64,000 bases of DNA from Cupriavidus sp. (GCA_031180665.1 JAPSLP010000001.1:295259-359258); one strand, 5' to 3'; positions 9,450-20,272 are shown, counted from the stretch's first letter. Numbers and translations: made by a program. The notes: generated by a model not told the origin, from the sequence alone.

Positions 9450-10358
9450 ATGACGAATTCCCGCAAGGAAACCGCCGATCATGGCGCCACGCTGCTGGAC
9501 CGGCTGGCGCGCGAAGCGGCCACGCTGACCGCGCGCGAGCGCGATCTGGCCGATGCGCTGACGCGCGGCTATCCCCATGTGCTGCTCGAATCGGCGACCG
9601 CGCTGGCCGCGCAGCACGGCACCAGCGCATCGACCGTCGTGCGCTTGTTTGCCAAGCTGGGCTATGCCAGCTATGCCGACGCCCAGCGCGAAGCGCGGGC
9701 CAGCGTGACGGCGGCGCTGCCGACCGCGGGGCAGCGTGCGCCGGCGCTGATCGGCGGCAAGCGGACCCTGCGGGCGTGCCTGGACGATGCATTCATGCAC
9801 GACCAGCACAACCTGACCGCGACGCACGAATCGCTGGATATCGCCGCCTTCGAAGCGATCGCGCGTCTGCTGGCCGGTGGCAAGGGCCGGCTGTTCATCC
9901 TGGCGCAGAAGAACAGCGCGCCGGTCAGCGCCTGGTTGGCGCTGCATCTGAACATGTGCCGGCCCAATGTGCAGGAGCTGGGGGCCGGCGCCGTGACGGC
10001 CACCGACGCCATGCTGTGGGTGCAGCCGGAAGACGTGCTGCTGACCTTCAGCGTCCGGCGCTATTCGAGCGCGCCGGTCAGCATCGCCCGTGCCTTCAGG
10101 GAGCGGGGCGCCCGCGTCGTGGCCATCTGCGACAGCCCGGCCGCGCCGCTGGTGCCGCTGGCGGACCACCATCTGCTGGTGCGCACCGCCAATGCGTCGC
10201 CATTCGACTCCTATACGGCCGCCTTCTTCCTGTGCAATGCCCTGGTATCGGCCGTCGCCCAATTGCGCCAGCCGGCCGTGATCGAGGCCCTGCAGCGGCG
10301 CGATGCGCTGTGGCAGGCCTTCGAGATGGACCCGGTGGAGGGCTTGCGCAAGGGGTAG
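9450..10358 (+). CDS. MurR/RpiR family transcriptional regulator
   Basis: HTH (SATALAAQHGTSASTVVRLFAKLGY) plus SIS domain (LLTFSVRRYS, VVAICDS). Confidence 0.92.
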   Translation: MTNSRKETADHGATLLDRLAREAATLTARERDLADALTRGYPHVLLESATALAAQHGTSASTVVRLFAKLGYASYADAQREARASVTAALPTAGQRAPALIGGKRTLRACLDDAFMHDQHNLTATHESLDIAAFEAIARLLAGGKGRLFILAQKNSAPVSAWLALHLNMCRPNVQELGAGAVTATDAMLWVQPEDVLLTFSVRRYSSAPVSIARAFRERGARVVAICDSPAAPLVPLADHHLLVRTANASPFDSYTAAFFLCNALVSAVAQLRQPAVIEALQRRDALWQAFEMDPVEGLRKG

Positions 10359-10507
10359 GGCGCGAGCACGCGGTAGCTGTCGCTGCCGCGCGCCGTGTCG
10401 GCTTCGACCGATTCCGACCGAATGTGGACACCTGCGCGTGGCTTGGCGTCGGGATTGTGTGCGCCTAAGCTAATGGTCTGGTTGGCATCCACGGGGAGAC
10501 AAGGACG

Positions 10508-11683
10508 ATGAACCGGCGTCTGGCAGGAGGGACCGGGCTGGGTATGGCGGCCGTCGCACTGGCCGCCGGCGCGGCGTGGCTGCTATCGTTGCCGCCCGCC
10601 ACCGCACCGGCCGAGCCGCCGCCCATCGCCGAAGCGGAGCAAGCCGCCACGCTGGCGGCGCTCAAGCCGCCCAAGCGGCCGCGCCCGGTCGTCGCCATCG
10701 TCGGCATCAACGATGCCACGGAAACCACCGACTATCTGATGCCTTACGGCATCCTGCGCCGCGCCGATATTGCCGAGGTGGCGGCATTGGCGACGCAGCC
10801 CGGACCGATGAAGCTCTATCCCGTGCTGCAGGTCCAGCCGGATGCGACGATCGCGCAGTTCGATGCGCGGCACCCCGAGGGCGCCGATTACGTCCTGGTG
10901 CCGGCGATGAGCCGCGACGACGATCCGACCGTGCTGCAATGGATCCGCAGCCAGGCGAACAAGGGCGCGACGGTGATCGGCATCTGCGCCGGCGCCAAGG
11001 TCGTGGCCGCGAGCGGCCTGCTCGACGGCAAGCGCGCCACCACCCATTGGTACTACCTGAACGAGCTGCTCGAGAAGCATCCCACGGTGCGCTACGTGCC
11101 CGACCGGCGCCTCGTCGTCGATGGCCGGGTCGCCACGACGACCGGCATTTCCGCTTCGATGCCGATGACGTTGACGCTGATCGAAGCCGTGGCCGGCCGC
11201 GACAGGGCAGAGGCGGTGGCGCGCGAGCTGGGCCTGCCGCATTGGGATGCGCGCCACGACAGCGACGCGTTCACGTTTACGCGGCCCTTCGCCTTGACGG
11301 CGATCGGCAATACGGTGGCGTTCTGGAACCGCGAACGGCTCGGCATCGCGCTGCGTCCCGGGGTCGACGAGGTATCGCTGGCGCTGGTGGCCGACGCGTG
11401 GTCGCGCACCTACCGTTCCCAGGCCATCTCCTTCGCCGGGCAGGCGGGGCCGATCCCGACGCGAAACGGCATGCGCCTGCTGCCCGAGCACGTCGGCAAC
11501 GACTGGGGGCGGGGACCGACCATTACCCTCGCCGCGGAACCGCAGCCGGCGAGGGCGCTGGACGCGGCCCTGAACGGCATCGGCCAACGCTACGGCGCAC
11601 GCACCGAAGCGCTCGTCGCCATGCAGCTCGAATATCCAGGCGAATACCCGCGCTCCGAGGCGCGAACCGACCCCATGCAGTAA
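10508..11683 (+). CDS. DJ-1/PfpI family protein with N-terminal membrane anchor
   Basis: ETTDYLMPYG, VIGICAGA, ATTHW, TTTGISAS motifs. Confidence 0.85.
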   Translation: MNRRLAGGTGLGMAAVALAAGAAWLLSLPPATAPAEPPPIAEAEQAATLAALKPPKRPRPVVAIVGINDATETTDYLMPYGILRRADIAEVAALATQPGPMKLYPVLQVQPDATIAQFDARHPEGADYVLVPAMSRDDDPTVLQWIRSQANKGATVIGICAGAKVVAASGLLDGKRATTHWYYLNELLEKHPTVRYVPDRRLVVDGRVATTTGISASMPMTLTLIEAVAGRDRAEAVARELGLPHWDARHDSDAFTFTRPFALTAIGNTVAFWNRERLGIALRPGVDEVSLALVADAWSRTYRSQAISFAGQAGPIPTRNGMRLLPEHVGNDWGRGPTITLAAEPQPARALDAALNGIGQRYGARTEALVAMQLEYPGEYPRSEARTDPMQ

Positions 11684-11702
11684 CACCAACGGAGGAGAGA
11701 CG

Positions 11703-12125
11703 ATGGCAAGAATGATTTTCCTGAATCTGCCGGTCCGCGATCTCGCGGCGGCAACGCGCTTCTACGAGGCGATCGGTTGTGTCAAGAACGAGCAGTTCAG
11801 CGACCATCAGACGTCGTCGATGGTGTGGTCCGACACCATCACCTTTCATCTGATGACGCACGCCTATTACGGAACCTTCACCAGCAAGCCGATCGCCGAC
11901 GGGCACCAGAGCAGCGCCATGCTGATCGCGCTGTCGATCGACAGTCGCGAGGACGTCGATGCCATCGTCCAAGCCGCACAATCGGCCGGAGGCCGCGCGG
12001 ACATTCGCGAGCCGCAGGACATGGGTTTCATGTACCTGCGCACCTTCGAAGACCCAGACGGTCACCTGTTCGAGCCGGTGTGGATGAACCCGGCGGCGAT
12101 GATGGAAGGGCAGGCGGCGCAGTAG
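11703..12125 (+). CDS. VOC/glyoxalase family protein
   Basis: MIFLNLPVRDLAAATRFY...MYLRTFEDPDGHLFE. Confidence 0.9.
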   Translation: MARMIFLNLPVRDLAAATRFYEAIGCVKNEQFSDHQTSSMVWSDTITFHLMTHAYYGTFTSKPIADGHQSSAMLIALSIDSREDVDAIVQAAQSAGGRADIREPQDMGFMYLRTFEDPDGHLFEPVWMNPAAMMEGQAAQ

Positions 12126-12153
12126 ACGACGCTCCGGCCAACGGCGCCGCCAC

Positions 12154-14271
12154 TCAGAACCGGTGATTGACCGTCAGTTCGACCCGTCGTCCGGCCCCCT
12201 GCAGCCATTGCGTCGGATTGTAGTAGGCCGTGGCGACATAGTGCCGGTCGAATACATTGAAGCCGCGCAGCGACAGCGTGGTGTGCTTGCGGGGCCGCCA
12301 TTGCAGCAGCAGATCGGTGGTGGTGTACGCCGGCATCTCCAGCGTGTTGGCCCGGTCGGCGAAGCGGCGGCCGACATAGCGGATGCCGGCGCCCGCCGTC
12401 CATTCCGGCAGGAAGCGCCAGGTCAGCCAGGCATTGGCCAGGCGCTCCGGCACGTCGGTCGGCACGTTGCCATTGCGCGAGACCGCTGTGCCGTTTACCG
12501 ATTCGGTGAATTGGTCGTAGCGCGCCTGCAGCAGCGCGGCATTGGCATCGAGCCGCCAGCCGGGCAGGAATTCGACGCCGATGCTGGCCTCGATGCCGCG
12601 CGAGGATTGTTCGCCAACCTGCACGCTTTGCGTGGCATTGACCGCATCGCGCGTGACCAGGTTCTTCTTGGCGATGTGGTAGGCGGCAACGGTCCAATCC
12701 CCTTTGCCATTCCAGAAGTCCTGCTTGATGCCGGCCTCGATCTGGCGACCGGTGGACAGGTCGAAATTGCTGTTCGACGAGGACAGCATCAGCAGCGCGC
12801 TGACCGGATCGGCCGCTTCCGAATACTGCGCGTAGATGGCCAGATTCGGCGTCAGGTTGTACACCGTCCCGGCACGCCAACCGACGTGCGAGAACGTCCT
12901 GTCGAATGCCTCCCGATTGGTCACCAGGTCGTGGCGCTCGATCCTGGCATGGTCATAGCGCAAGCCGCCCAGCACGGACCATCGGGGCGTGATTTCCAGC
13001 CGATTCTCCGCGAACAGCGCGTATTGGACAGCCTCGTTGCTGTAGCGCGGCGTGGTGCCTGCCACGTTGATGAAATTGCCGCGATCGAAGACGTAGGGAT
13101 CGACCACCGTGCTGCCCGAGTAGGGCGAATTATTGCTATGGCGAAACGATGCCCGATTGACATCGAAGCCGACCGACACGCTGTTGTTCATGCCGAACAG
13201 CGCATGGCGATAGACCACATCGGTGGTATTGCCGACCTGCCATTGATCGTGAAGGATCTCGACATAGGACGAACGCTGGATCAGGCCGCTCGCCGGCAGA
13301 TAGTCGTAGTACTCGGCGTTGCGCCAATGGCGGCTGCTGTCGATGTAGTACGCCCGCGAGCGAACGGTCAGATCGGCGGTCGGCGTCCACCGCGCGGACA
13401 ATTCGGTCCACTGGTCGTCGTACTGTATGCGGCTGTCGCTGACGTTGTAGTTTTGGGTCCGCAAGGAGGGATCCTGGCGGCCATTGACCAGCGGCACGCC
13501 GAAATAGCGTGCCGGCTGCTGCCAGCCTTTCGCATAGCTCAGCTTGATGCCGAGCTCGGGCGTCGGATCCCATTGCAGGGCGCCCGATACGGACAGATTG
13601 CGCGAATCCCCGAAATCGACCGACCCATCGATGCGATTGCCGCTCACATCGAAGCGATATGACCAGCGCTCATCGATCGCGCCGCCGCTGCCGAAGGCGA
13701 GCCGCTGGGTATTCTCCGTACCGATCGTCGCCTGGATTTCGTTCTCCACCGGTCCTCGCGTCGGCTTTTTCGGCACGACATTGACGACGCCGCCGATCGC
13801 GCCTTCACCATAGATCACCGAGGCGGGTCCGCGCAGCACCTCGATGCGGTCCACCGACCAGGTATCGAAGGGGTAGGTCACGCCGATCCCGCCGTATTGG
13901 CGCACGCCATCGTAGAGCCGCATCACCGAGGCCGCATCGGTAAAGCCGCGGGCGGACAACGAAGCGCCGCCATTGCCGGGATGGCCAAGGCCGGACAGCC
14001 CCGGCGCGCGGGTGATGGCATCGACCAGCGACGTATCGCCACGGATCTCGAGCTGATCGCGGGCGATGACATCGACGCTGGCCGGCGTTTGCATCGGCGT
14101 CATGCCGAGATTCGATCCGGTCGAAGCCGGTTCATCGAGCGCCGTCTGCCCGGCGGCATGGACCGTGACCGGTGCCAGTTCGTGGACCTCGGGAGAAGGG
14201 TCGGCCGCCTGGGCGGAAAGGCATACTGCGGCAGCGGCTAGCGCCACCTCGCGTGGAAGGAGTCGGGCCAT
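12154..14271 (-). CDS. TonB-dependent receptor (siderophore/metal-chelate type)
   Basis: Signal peptide; TPASVDVI, RIEVLRGPASVIYGEGAIGGVVN plug; C-terminal GFNVFDRHY...GRRVELTVNHRF. Confidence 0.92.
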   Translation of the reverse strand: MARLLPREVALAAAAVCLSAQAADPSPEVHELAPVTVHAAGQTALDEPASTGSNLGMTPMQTPASVDVIARDQLEIRGDTSLVDAITRAPGLSGLGHPGNGGASLSARGFTDAASVMRLYDGVRQYGGIGVTYPFDTWSVDRIEVLRGPASVIYGEGAIGGVVNVVPKKPTRGPVENEIQATIGTENTQRLAFGSGGAIDERWSYRFDVSGNRIDGSVDFGDSRNLSVSGALQWDPTPELGIKLSYAKGWQQPARYFGVPLVNGRQDPSLRTQNYNVSDSRIQYDDQWTELSARWTPTADLTVRSRAYYIDSSRHWRNAEYYDYLPASGLIQRSSYVEILHDQWQVGNTTDVVYRHALFGMNNSVSVGFDVNRASFRHSNNSPYSGSTVVDPYVFDRGNFINVAGTTPRYSNEAVQYALFAENRLEITPRWSVLGGLRYDHARIERHDLVTNREAFDRTFSHVGWRAGTVYNLTPNLAIYAQYSEAADPVSALLMLSSSNSNFDLSTGRQIEAGIKQDFWNGKGDWTVAAYHIAKKNLVTRDAVNATQSVQVGEQSSRGIEASIGVEFLPGWRLDANAALLQARYDQFTESVNGTAVSRNGNVPTDVPERLANAWLTWRFLPEWTAGAGIRYVGRRFADRANTLEMPAYTTTDLLLQWRPRKHTTLSLRGFNVFDRHYVATAYYNPTQWLQGAGRRVELTVNHRF

Positions 14272-14486
14272 TGGGAAAGAGTGCGTGTCCCAGGTAAGGC
14301 GGCAGGAATGCCGCGAGACACCGTTGTTTTTGGTGCTCGATTCTATTGGCCACGCCTTAAACGGACCATGCGACACCATGCCGCAGGACCGGCGCGGGAT
14401 TTCGTCGCAAAGTACACCTTGGCGCAAAACCGTCGCCGTCCGCTCAAGAATCAAGCCAGAAGAATCCAGTGCCAGCGCGTCCCCCG

Positions 14487-15902
14487 ATGCCCGTATCGAC
14501 TCCCCAATCTTCTCCCGCAATCGCTGCCGCCCATCGCACGCTTTGGCGCTGGCATTTCTACGCCGGCCTGTTCGTGATGCCATTCCTGATCGTGCTCGCG
14601 ATCACCGGCACCATTTACTGCTTCCAGCCGCAAATCGAGCCATTGCTGTATCCGCGGCTGTTGCGCGTGACGCCGCAGGGCGAGCCGCTTTCCGCGCAAA
14701 TGCTGCTGGAGCGGGCGAGGGCGGCGGCGCCCGCCGGCGCCGTGGCCACGACCTACACCATACGCAACGATCCGCGCGCCAGTGCGGAATTCATTTTCCG
14801 CCTGCCCTCTGGCAACAGCGAAAGCCTCTATCTGAACCCTTACTCGGGCGCGGTCCTGGGCAGCCTCAGCGTGGAAGACCGCTTGATGAAGCAGGTCCGC
14901 CTGTTGCATCGCGCCTTGCTGGCAGGCAGGCCCGGCGAATTGCTGATGGAACTGGCGGGATGCTGGACGCTGGTGATGATTGCCACGGGTTTGGCCATGT
15001 GGTGGCCGCGCTTGCGCGAATCGGGGGTTGGGGCCTTCGTGATGCGGCCAGCAAGCGGCAGACGAGGGCGGTGGAAGGAAATCCATCTGATGCTCGGCGC
15101 ATCGCTCGCCATCGGTGCGCTGGCGTTCGTCCTGTCCGGTCTGCCGTGGACCGCATTCTGGGGCAAGCAGTTCAAGGCCATCACGACCGCCGCGAATCTG
15201 GGCCGACCGGCCGATGGCGGGGCAGGGCACACGCACGCCCCGGTTCGTCATAAGGGTCATGGCGAACACCGGGGCCACGGCGCGACGATGGCGTCGCTGC
15301 CGCTGAGCGAAGTCCCGTGGGCGACGGGGTTGACCGCCGTGCCGCTCGGAACCAGCGCACCCGCCGGCCAAGCGCCGATCGGCCTGGATCGGGTGCTTGC
15401 CATCGTCGGCTCGCACGGTGCCGGCGCGGGGTGCCAGGTGGCCTTGCCGGGCACGCCGGATGCGGTCTATTCCGTGTCTTGCTTTCCCAGCGATCCCAAG
15501 GCCGAGCGAACGCTGCATATCGATCGGCACAGCGGACAGATCGTCAGCGATATCCGTTATGAGGACTACGGTCCCGTCGCCAAGGCCGTTTCGTACGGTA
15601 CCTCGCTCCATATGGGCCGGTATTTCGGCCTCGCCAATCAGATCGTATGCGCCGCGATCTCGCTCGGCCTGATGGCGCTGGCGATCACCGGCTTCATCAT
15701 GTGGATCAAGCGCAAACCGTCCAATGCCGTGGGCGCGCCGTCGCGCCCCGCAAGCGCGCCGCCGATGCGCGCATGGATTGCCGGACTCGCGGCATTGGGC
15801 GCGATATTTCCGCTGATGGGCATCACGATGCTGCTGGTCTGGATCATCGACCGGCTCGCGGCCCGAACAAGCGGTGTGCGATCGCGGCCCGCGCGGCGGT
15901 GA
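14487..15902 (+). CDS. PepSY-associated TM helix domain protein
   Basis: LWRWHFYAGL, YLNPYSG, LHRALLAG, SLHMGRYFG motifs; His-rich linker. Confidence 0.9.
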   Translation: MPVSTPQSSPAIAAAHRTLWRWHFYAGLFVMPFLIVLAITGTIYCFQPQIEPLLYPRLLRVTPQGEPLSAQMLLERARAAAPAGAVATTYTIRNDPRASAEFIFRLPSGNSESLYLNPYSGAVLGSLSVEDRLMKQVRLLHRALLAGRPGELLMELAGCWTLVMIATGLAMWWPRLRESGVGAFVMRPASGRRGRWKEIHLMLGASLAIGALAFVLSGLPWTAFWGKQFKAITTAANLGRPADGGAGHTHAPVRHKGHGEHRGHGATMASLPLSEVPWATGLTAVPLGTSAPAGQAPIGLDRVLAIVGSHGAGAGCQVALPGTPDAVYSVSCFPSDPKAERTLHIDRHSGQIVSDIRYEDYGPVAKAVSYGTSLHMGRYFGLANQIVCAAISLGLMALAITGFIMWIKRKPSNAVGAPSRPASAPPMRAWIAGLAALGAIFPLMGITMLLVWIIDRLAARTSGVRSRPARR

Positions 15903-15933
15903 TCCCGACGGGATGCTCCCAACTGGCCGGCCA

Positions 15934-16278
15934 TCAGCCCGCCCCAGCACCGGCGCTCGGCTGCAGCACGATGATCGCCATGCCGGCCAACGCGACCGCC
16001 GCGCCGAGGACGTCCCAACGCGTCAGCGGCAGCCCATCGACGATGCGAAGCCACAACAGCGCGACCGCAATATAGACGCCGCCATACGCCGCATAGGTCC
16101 GTCCCGCGGCCGTGGGATGCAAGGTCAGCAACCAGGCAAAGGCAGCCAATGCGAGCGCCGCGGGAATCAGCAGGAGCGGGGTCTTTTCCTGTTTTAATAC
16201 AAGGTACGGCAAATAGCAGCCGACGATCTCGGCCAGCGCCGTCAACACGAACAGCGCCGTATAGGCAAGGAAGGTCAC
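15934..16278 (-). CDS. ynfA: YnfA/UPF0060 small membrane protein
   Basis: [33 protein letters not shown] signature. Confidence 0.88.
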   Translation of the reverse strand: MTFLAYTALFVLTALAEIVGCYLPYLVLKQEKTPLLLIPAALALAAFAWLLTLHPTAAGRTYAAYGGVYIAVALLWLRIVDGLPLTRWDVLGAAVALAGMAIIVLQPSAGAGAG

Positions 16279-16422
16279 GGGTCGAAGCGGGCAGGGTAGC
16301 GGTGGACCGCATTGTCCCATGGCGATGCCGACGGTCCGTCGGGCTCAAGTTGCGGCCCCAGCGTAGCAATACGGATAAGGGGGATGCTAAGGTCCGGGCT
16401 GTTTGCGCCAGGAGACATCGAC

Positions 16423-16821
16423 ATGAAGAACAACGAATTGCAGCAAGACCAATCGGCCTCCGCGCTGATCGATGCACGCATCGAGGAACTGGGCGACTGG
16501 CGAGGCGAAATGCTCGCCAGGCTACGTGCCTTGATCAAGGAAGCCGACCCGGACGTCATCGAGGAATGGAAATGGCGCGGCGTTCCTGTGTGGTCGCACA
16601 ACGGCATTCTCTGCACCGGCGAAACCTACAAGAGCGTCGTCAAGATGACCTTCGCCAAAGGGGCGGCGTTGCCGGATCCGGCCGGGCTGTTCAATTCGAG
16701 TCTGGAGGGGAATACGAGACGGGCCATCGATTTCCACGAAGGCACGCAAATCGATGAGAAAGCCTTGAAGGAACTGGTGCGTGCAGCGGCGGCGCTGAAC
16801 AGCGCCAAGGCAAAAGCGTAG
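16423..16821 (+). CDS. DUF1801 (YdhG-like) protein
   Basis: LGDWRGEMLARLR, EEWKWRGVPVW, FNSSLEGNTRRAID. Confidence 0.88.
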   Translation: MKNNELQQDQSASALIDARIEELGDWRGEMLARLRALIKEADPDVIEEWKWRGVPVWSHNGILCTGETYKSVVKMTFAKGAALPDPAGLFNSSLEGNTRRAIDFHEGTQIDEKALKELVRAAAALNSAKAKA

Positions 16822-16907
16822 GCTGTCATCCGCTCGGAACGCGTCCGCGATCCTTCGATCAGCCCAGCCAACGTATTCGCGGACACATGCCAGGAAGAGG
16901 AAACAGA

Positions 16908-17201
16908 GTGCTATTCGCCGTTCGCTTTCATGATTTTCCCGGACAAACCCACCTGCGGACCAGCCACTTCAAAGCCCACATTGACTGGCTCGACCGGAAT
17001 CGGGACCGTATCCTCATCGCAGGCTCATTGAGAGAGGCCGACAGTGAAGCTCCGGTCGGAGGTCTGTGGATCGTTAGTGCGGAAAGCAGGCTTCAGGTCG
17101 AAGCACTGTTGCAGTCCGACCCATTCTGGGTCCATGGCTTGCGCGAAAGCGTGGAAATTCACTCATGGCACCGAGCGTTCCCCGAGGCCGTCACGATATG
17201 A
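16908..17201 (+). CDS. YciI family protein
   Basis: HFKAHIDWL, ILIAGSL, GGLWIV, DPFW motifs. Confidence 0.8.
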   Translation: MLFAVRFHDFPGQTHLRTSHFKAHIDWLDRNRDRILIAGSLREADSEAPVGGLWIVSAESRLQVEALLQSDPFWVHGLRESVEIHSWHRAFPEAVTI

Positions 17202-17497
17202 CGAAGTCTGAGTTGCACCAATTTTTGACCTCGACCTTCGACCTTGTCGTCGATCCTGTAGAGCGAGGCAATGGCAGGACCTACTTCCTGAAACAGGTAG
17301 ATTGGAGGCCGGGATCTACGACAAGAGTTCTTCGCGTAGAAGGCTCGGATGAAACGGTAAGTCATATCAGACTTTGTGTTTCATCCGACAACAACAACAG
17401 CGTTTTCGTACCGCACCCATTGTGCCTGGCCGGCTTGGTGAGGGTTGTGGGCGATGAAATCGGGCGTCTTTACGAGCGCGGGGGCGCATCCAGCTAG
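17198..17497 (+). CDS. Hypothetical protein (99 aa)
   Basis: ATGA overlap with the YciI stop codon; plausible globular composition. Confidence 0.55.
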   Translation: MTKSELHQFLTSTFDLVVDPVERGNGRTYFLKQVDWRPGSTTRVLRVEGSDETVSHIRLCVSSDNNNSVFVPHPLCLAGLVRVVGDEIGRLYERGGASS

Positions 17498-17538
17498 TTC
17501 GTGCCCAGTCGTTCCATTACCATTGGCCTGCTATGTCG

Positions 17539-18321
17539 CTACTCAGGCAGCCACCTGGCCCGCGCGCGGCCGAAGTCGCCCGTAGCGGTGCTCAGATGCA
17601 GCCACTGATCCACGAAGTGCTTGAACACGTCATCGCCCTGCGGCAGCAGATACGCCATCTCCGCATACTGCAGCGGCTTCTGCGGATTGACCGCGCATAG
17701 TTCCGGATGCGCCTTGCTTTGCACGATGGCCTCGGCGGCCTCTGTGACGAAGACGTCGGCATTCTTTTTGATTACCTCGTCGAAGATAGTGACGTTATCC
17801 GTATGGATGCGCAATTGCGCCCGGCCGAGATGCGTCCGTGCAAAACGCTCGTTGCTGCCGCCCGGATTGGCAATCACGCGCACCGCCGGCTGATTGATCG
17901 CCTCGATGGACTGGTACTTGGCGACATTCTCGCAGCGGGTCAGCGGCGTCTTGCCGTTGATCATGTAGGGCGCACTGTAATACGCCTGCCGCTGGCGCTC
18001 CAGCGTGACCGAAATGCCGCCCACCGCGATATCGCATTTGCCGGCAACGAAATCGGCCATCAGGTTCGACCAGCTGGTCTTGACGTATTGCGGCTTGGCT
18101 TGCAGCGCGGCAGCGAGCGTCTGCATCAGGTCGACGTCCAGCCCCTCGAACGCCCCCGGCGCCTTTTCGAAGCTGAACGGCTTGTAGTCTCCCGGCGTGC
18201 AGATCCGCAGCGTGCCGCTATCCTTGATCCGGCTCAGCGTCGAATTGGCCGGCTGAGCCAGCGCGATGCAGGGCAGGGCCGCCACGGCAAGCAAGGCAAG
18301 GACTTTGGTCGCTTTCGGCAT
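17539..18321 (-). CDS. Family-3 solute-binding protein / cyclohexadienyl dehydratase (PheC-like)
   Basis: Signal peptide; TPGDYKPFS, DIAVGGISVTLER, NPGGSNERFAR. Confidence 0.85.
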   Translation of the reverse strand: MPKATKVLALLAVAALPCIALAQPANSTLSRIKDSGTLRICTPGDYKPFSFEKAPGAFEGLDVDLMQTLAAALQAKPQYVKTSWSNLMADFVAGKCDIAVGGISVTLERQRQAYYSAPYMINGKTPLTRCENVAKYQSIEAINQPAVRVIANPGGSNERFARTHLGRAQLRIHTDNVTIFDEVIKKNADVFVTEAAEAIVQSKAHPELCAVNPQKPLQYAEMAYLLPQGDDVFKHFVDQWLHLSTATGDFGRARARWLPE

Positions 18322-18437
18322 CTCGGAAATCTCCTCGTGGACTGGTTATGTGGCCATCGAAGCGGGATTGTGCCTGATCCGTCGCGGAATCCAGAGGGCC
18401 ATACCGGCGCGCATCGGGTGCGCAACCGCCCGCCCAA

Positions 18438-19371
18438 TCAAAGCGGAGCGCGGCGCCGGCCGATCATCGCCGCCGCCATGCGCAGCCGCAACTGCAGCCG
18501 CGGCTTGTGTCCCCAGCTGCTGGTCATCGATGTGGAGAGCGGACGCCAGCCGTGCGGTTCGATTTCCTTGCTGCCCGCGCCGATCTCGAAATCGAAACCG
18601 GACGGCGTGCGTCCGTAGAACGAAAAGGTGCCATCGGGATCGGGATGCTGCCCCAGGCCCAGGCTCAACGGCACCTTCATTCGTCCCGCTCGCTCGAACG
18701 CTGCGCCGACATCCGCGAGCTCGCGCGTCTGCAGCATGAAATGATGCAGGCGCTTCTTCCACGGCAGATCGAAGATCGCCAGCGAGTGGGTGACGGCGAT
18801 TGCAGTGCAGGAATACGCCGCCGATCCTGATCGGCCCGGCCTGCGTGGTCAGCCTCTCGCTGACGCCAAAGCCCAGTGCATCGACATAGAAGCGGACCAT
18901 CTCGGCGGGATCGTGGCTGACCAGGACCGCATGGCCGAGCCCGAGTTCTCCGGTATGAAAGCCGGCCGCGACGAGCGGGGAGGTGAACGGCCTGGCGGCC
19001 GATTCCGGCCCGGTATGCAGCTCTACTGCGTTGCCGTCCGGATCGAATACCCGGACCAGCCGGCGCACGCGGCGGGCTTCTGCCAGCGCGGGCAGAGCGC
19101 GTTCGACCGAATGGCCGGCACGTTCCAGGCGTGCCACCAGCGCATCGAGCACCGCATCGCTGGCACACTCGAGCCCGATGGCACCGAGGTCGTCGGCGGC
19201 GCCGCTCCGGATCACCAGGCGCTGCGCGGCCTCGTCCAGCTGATAACCCAGGCTGCCGTCGGCATTGGTCAATGGCGCCGGTAGCCCCAGCATGCCCTGA
19301 CAGAACGGCGCCCATTTGCCGGGCTTGCGTACGTCGAACACCAGATAACCCAGCTTGATCGCGGCGTGCAT
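18438..19371 (-). pseudogene. Extradiol ring-cleavage dioxygenase (BphC/HsaC family) with a +1 frameshift
   Basis: KLGYL...GLGHAVL...FLHCNRRH, then one extra C near 18790, then HSLAIFD...LHHFMLQ...LGQH...SFYGRTPSGFDFEIG...WGHK in the next frame. Confidence 0.82.
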
Positions 19372-19465
19372 GTCGTCTCACTCCAATCGCGGTAAAATCA
19401 CATCGGCTTTTCAAATTTATAGGGACCATCTAAAAATGGATGGCATGCGAAATATAGCAGGCGGC

Positions 19466-20242
19466 ATGACGTTGTCAATGCCCTCGTTGCCGGCCGAACT
19501 GCAAGACAGCCTGGCGGCCTCGGCGACGCCGCTGCCCAAGCGCGAGCGGACCCGGCGGCAATTGATTGCCGCGGCGATTCAGGTGATGTCCGCGCGAGGC
19601 ATCGGCGCCACGACCATTCAGGAGATCGCCAGTGTCGCGGGCATGACGCCTGCCACGGTCTACAACCATTTCGAATCGCGGGGACAGATCATCGAAGCGA
19701 TTGCCCTGTGGGTTGGGCAGACGCTATGCCAGCGGATTTCGGACAGCTATGCCCATATCGCGTCGGGCGCCCAGCGCATGGCCATCGGCAATCGACGCTA
19801 CCTGTGGTTGGCCGAGCAGAGCCCGCAATGGGCACTGGTCCTGATGGACGTGGTTTCGGCATCGCCAACGCTGATCCGGCAGATCAGCAGCGACGCGCTG
19901 GAAGACCTTCGCCTCGGTGTCAAGCAGGGCAGCTTCAAGGTCGCCAGCGAAGCCGCCGCGATGGACATGATCGGCGGGACGATTTCGCAGGCGATGCGCA
20001 GCGTGGCTCACCGGTTGACGCCGGCCGGTCACGATTGCGCGGTGGCGACCACAGTGTTGTGCGGCCTGGGTATGAGATGGGAAGAGGCGCGCGAGATCGC
20101 GTCGCGGCCCTTGCCCGATTTCAAGCCGTTGCAGGCTGGGCGGGGCGCAAAGCCGGGCGACGCATCACAGGCGAGCGCGCCGCGCCGCGCCGGCAAACCG
20201 GCCAAGGCCGCCAGCGCCGCGCCGCGCCGCCGTCCTACTTGA
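19466..20242 (+). CDS. TetR/AcrR family regulator
   Basis: RERTRRQLIAAA...TTIQEIASVAGMTPATVYNHF; divergent from the dioxygenase. Confidence 0.9.
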   Translation: MTLSMPSLPAELQDSLAASATPLPKRERTRRQLIAAAIQVMSARGIGATTIQEIASVAGMTPATVYNHFESRGQIIEAIALWVGQTLCQRISDSYAHIASGAQRMAIGNRRYLWLAEQSPQWALVLMDVVSASPTLIRQISSDALEDLRLGVKQGSFKVASEAAAMDMIGGTISQAMRSVAHRLTPAGHDCAVATTVLCGLGMRWEEAREIASRPLPDFKPLQAGRGAKPGDASQASAPRRAGKPAKAASAAPRRRPT

Positions 20243-20272
20243 TCCGCCAGTTCGCCAGCCTGTCAGCCCGGC

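Noticed and set aside
14272-14486. Cobalamin riboswitch upstream of the second TonB receptor
   Set aside because: No B12-box or conserved core recognised on the - strand.
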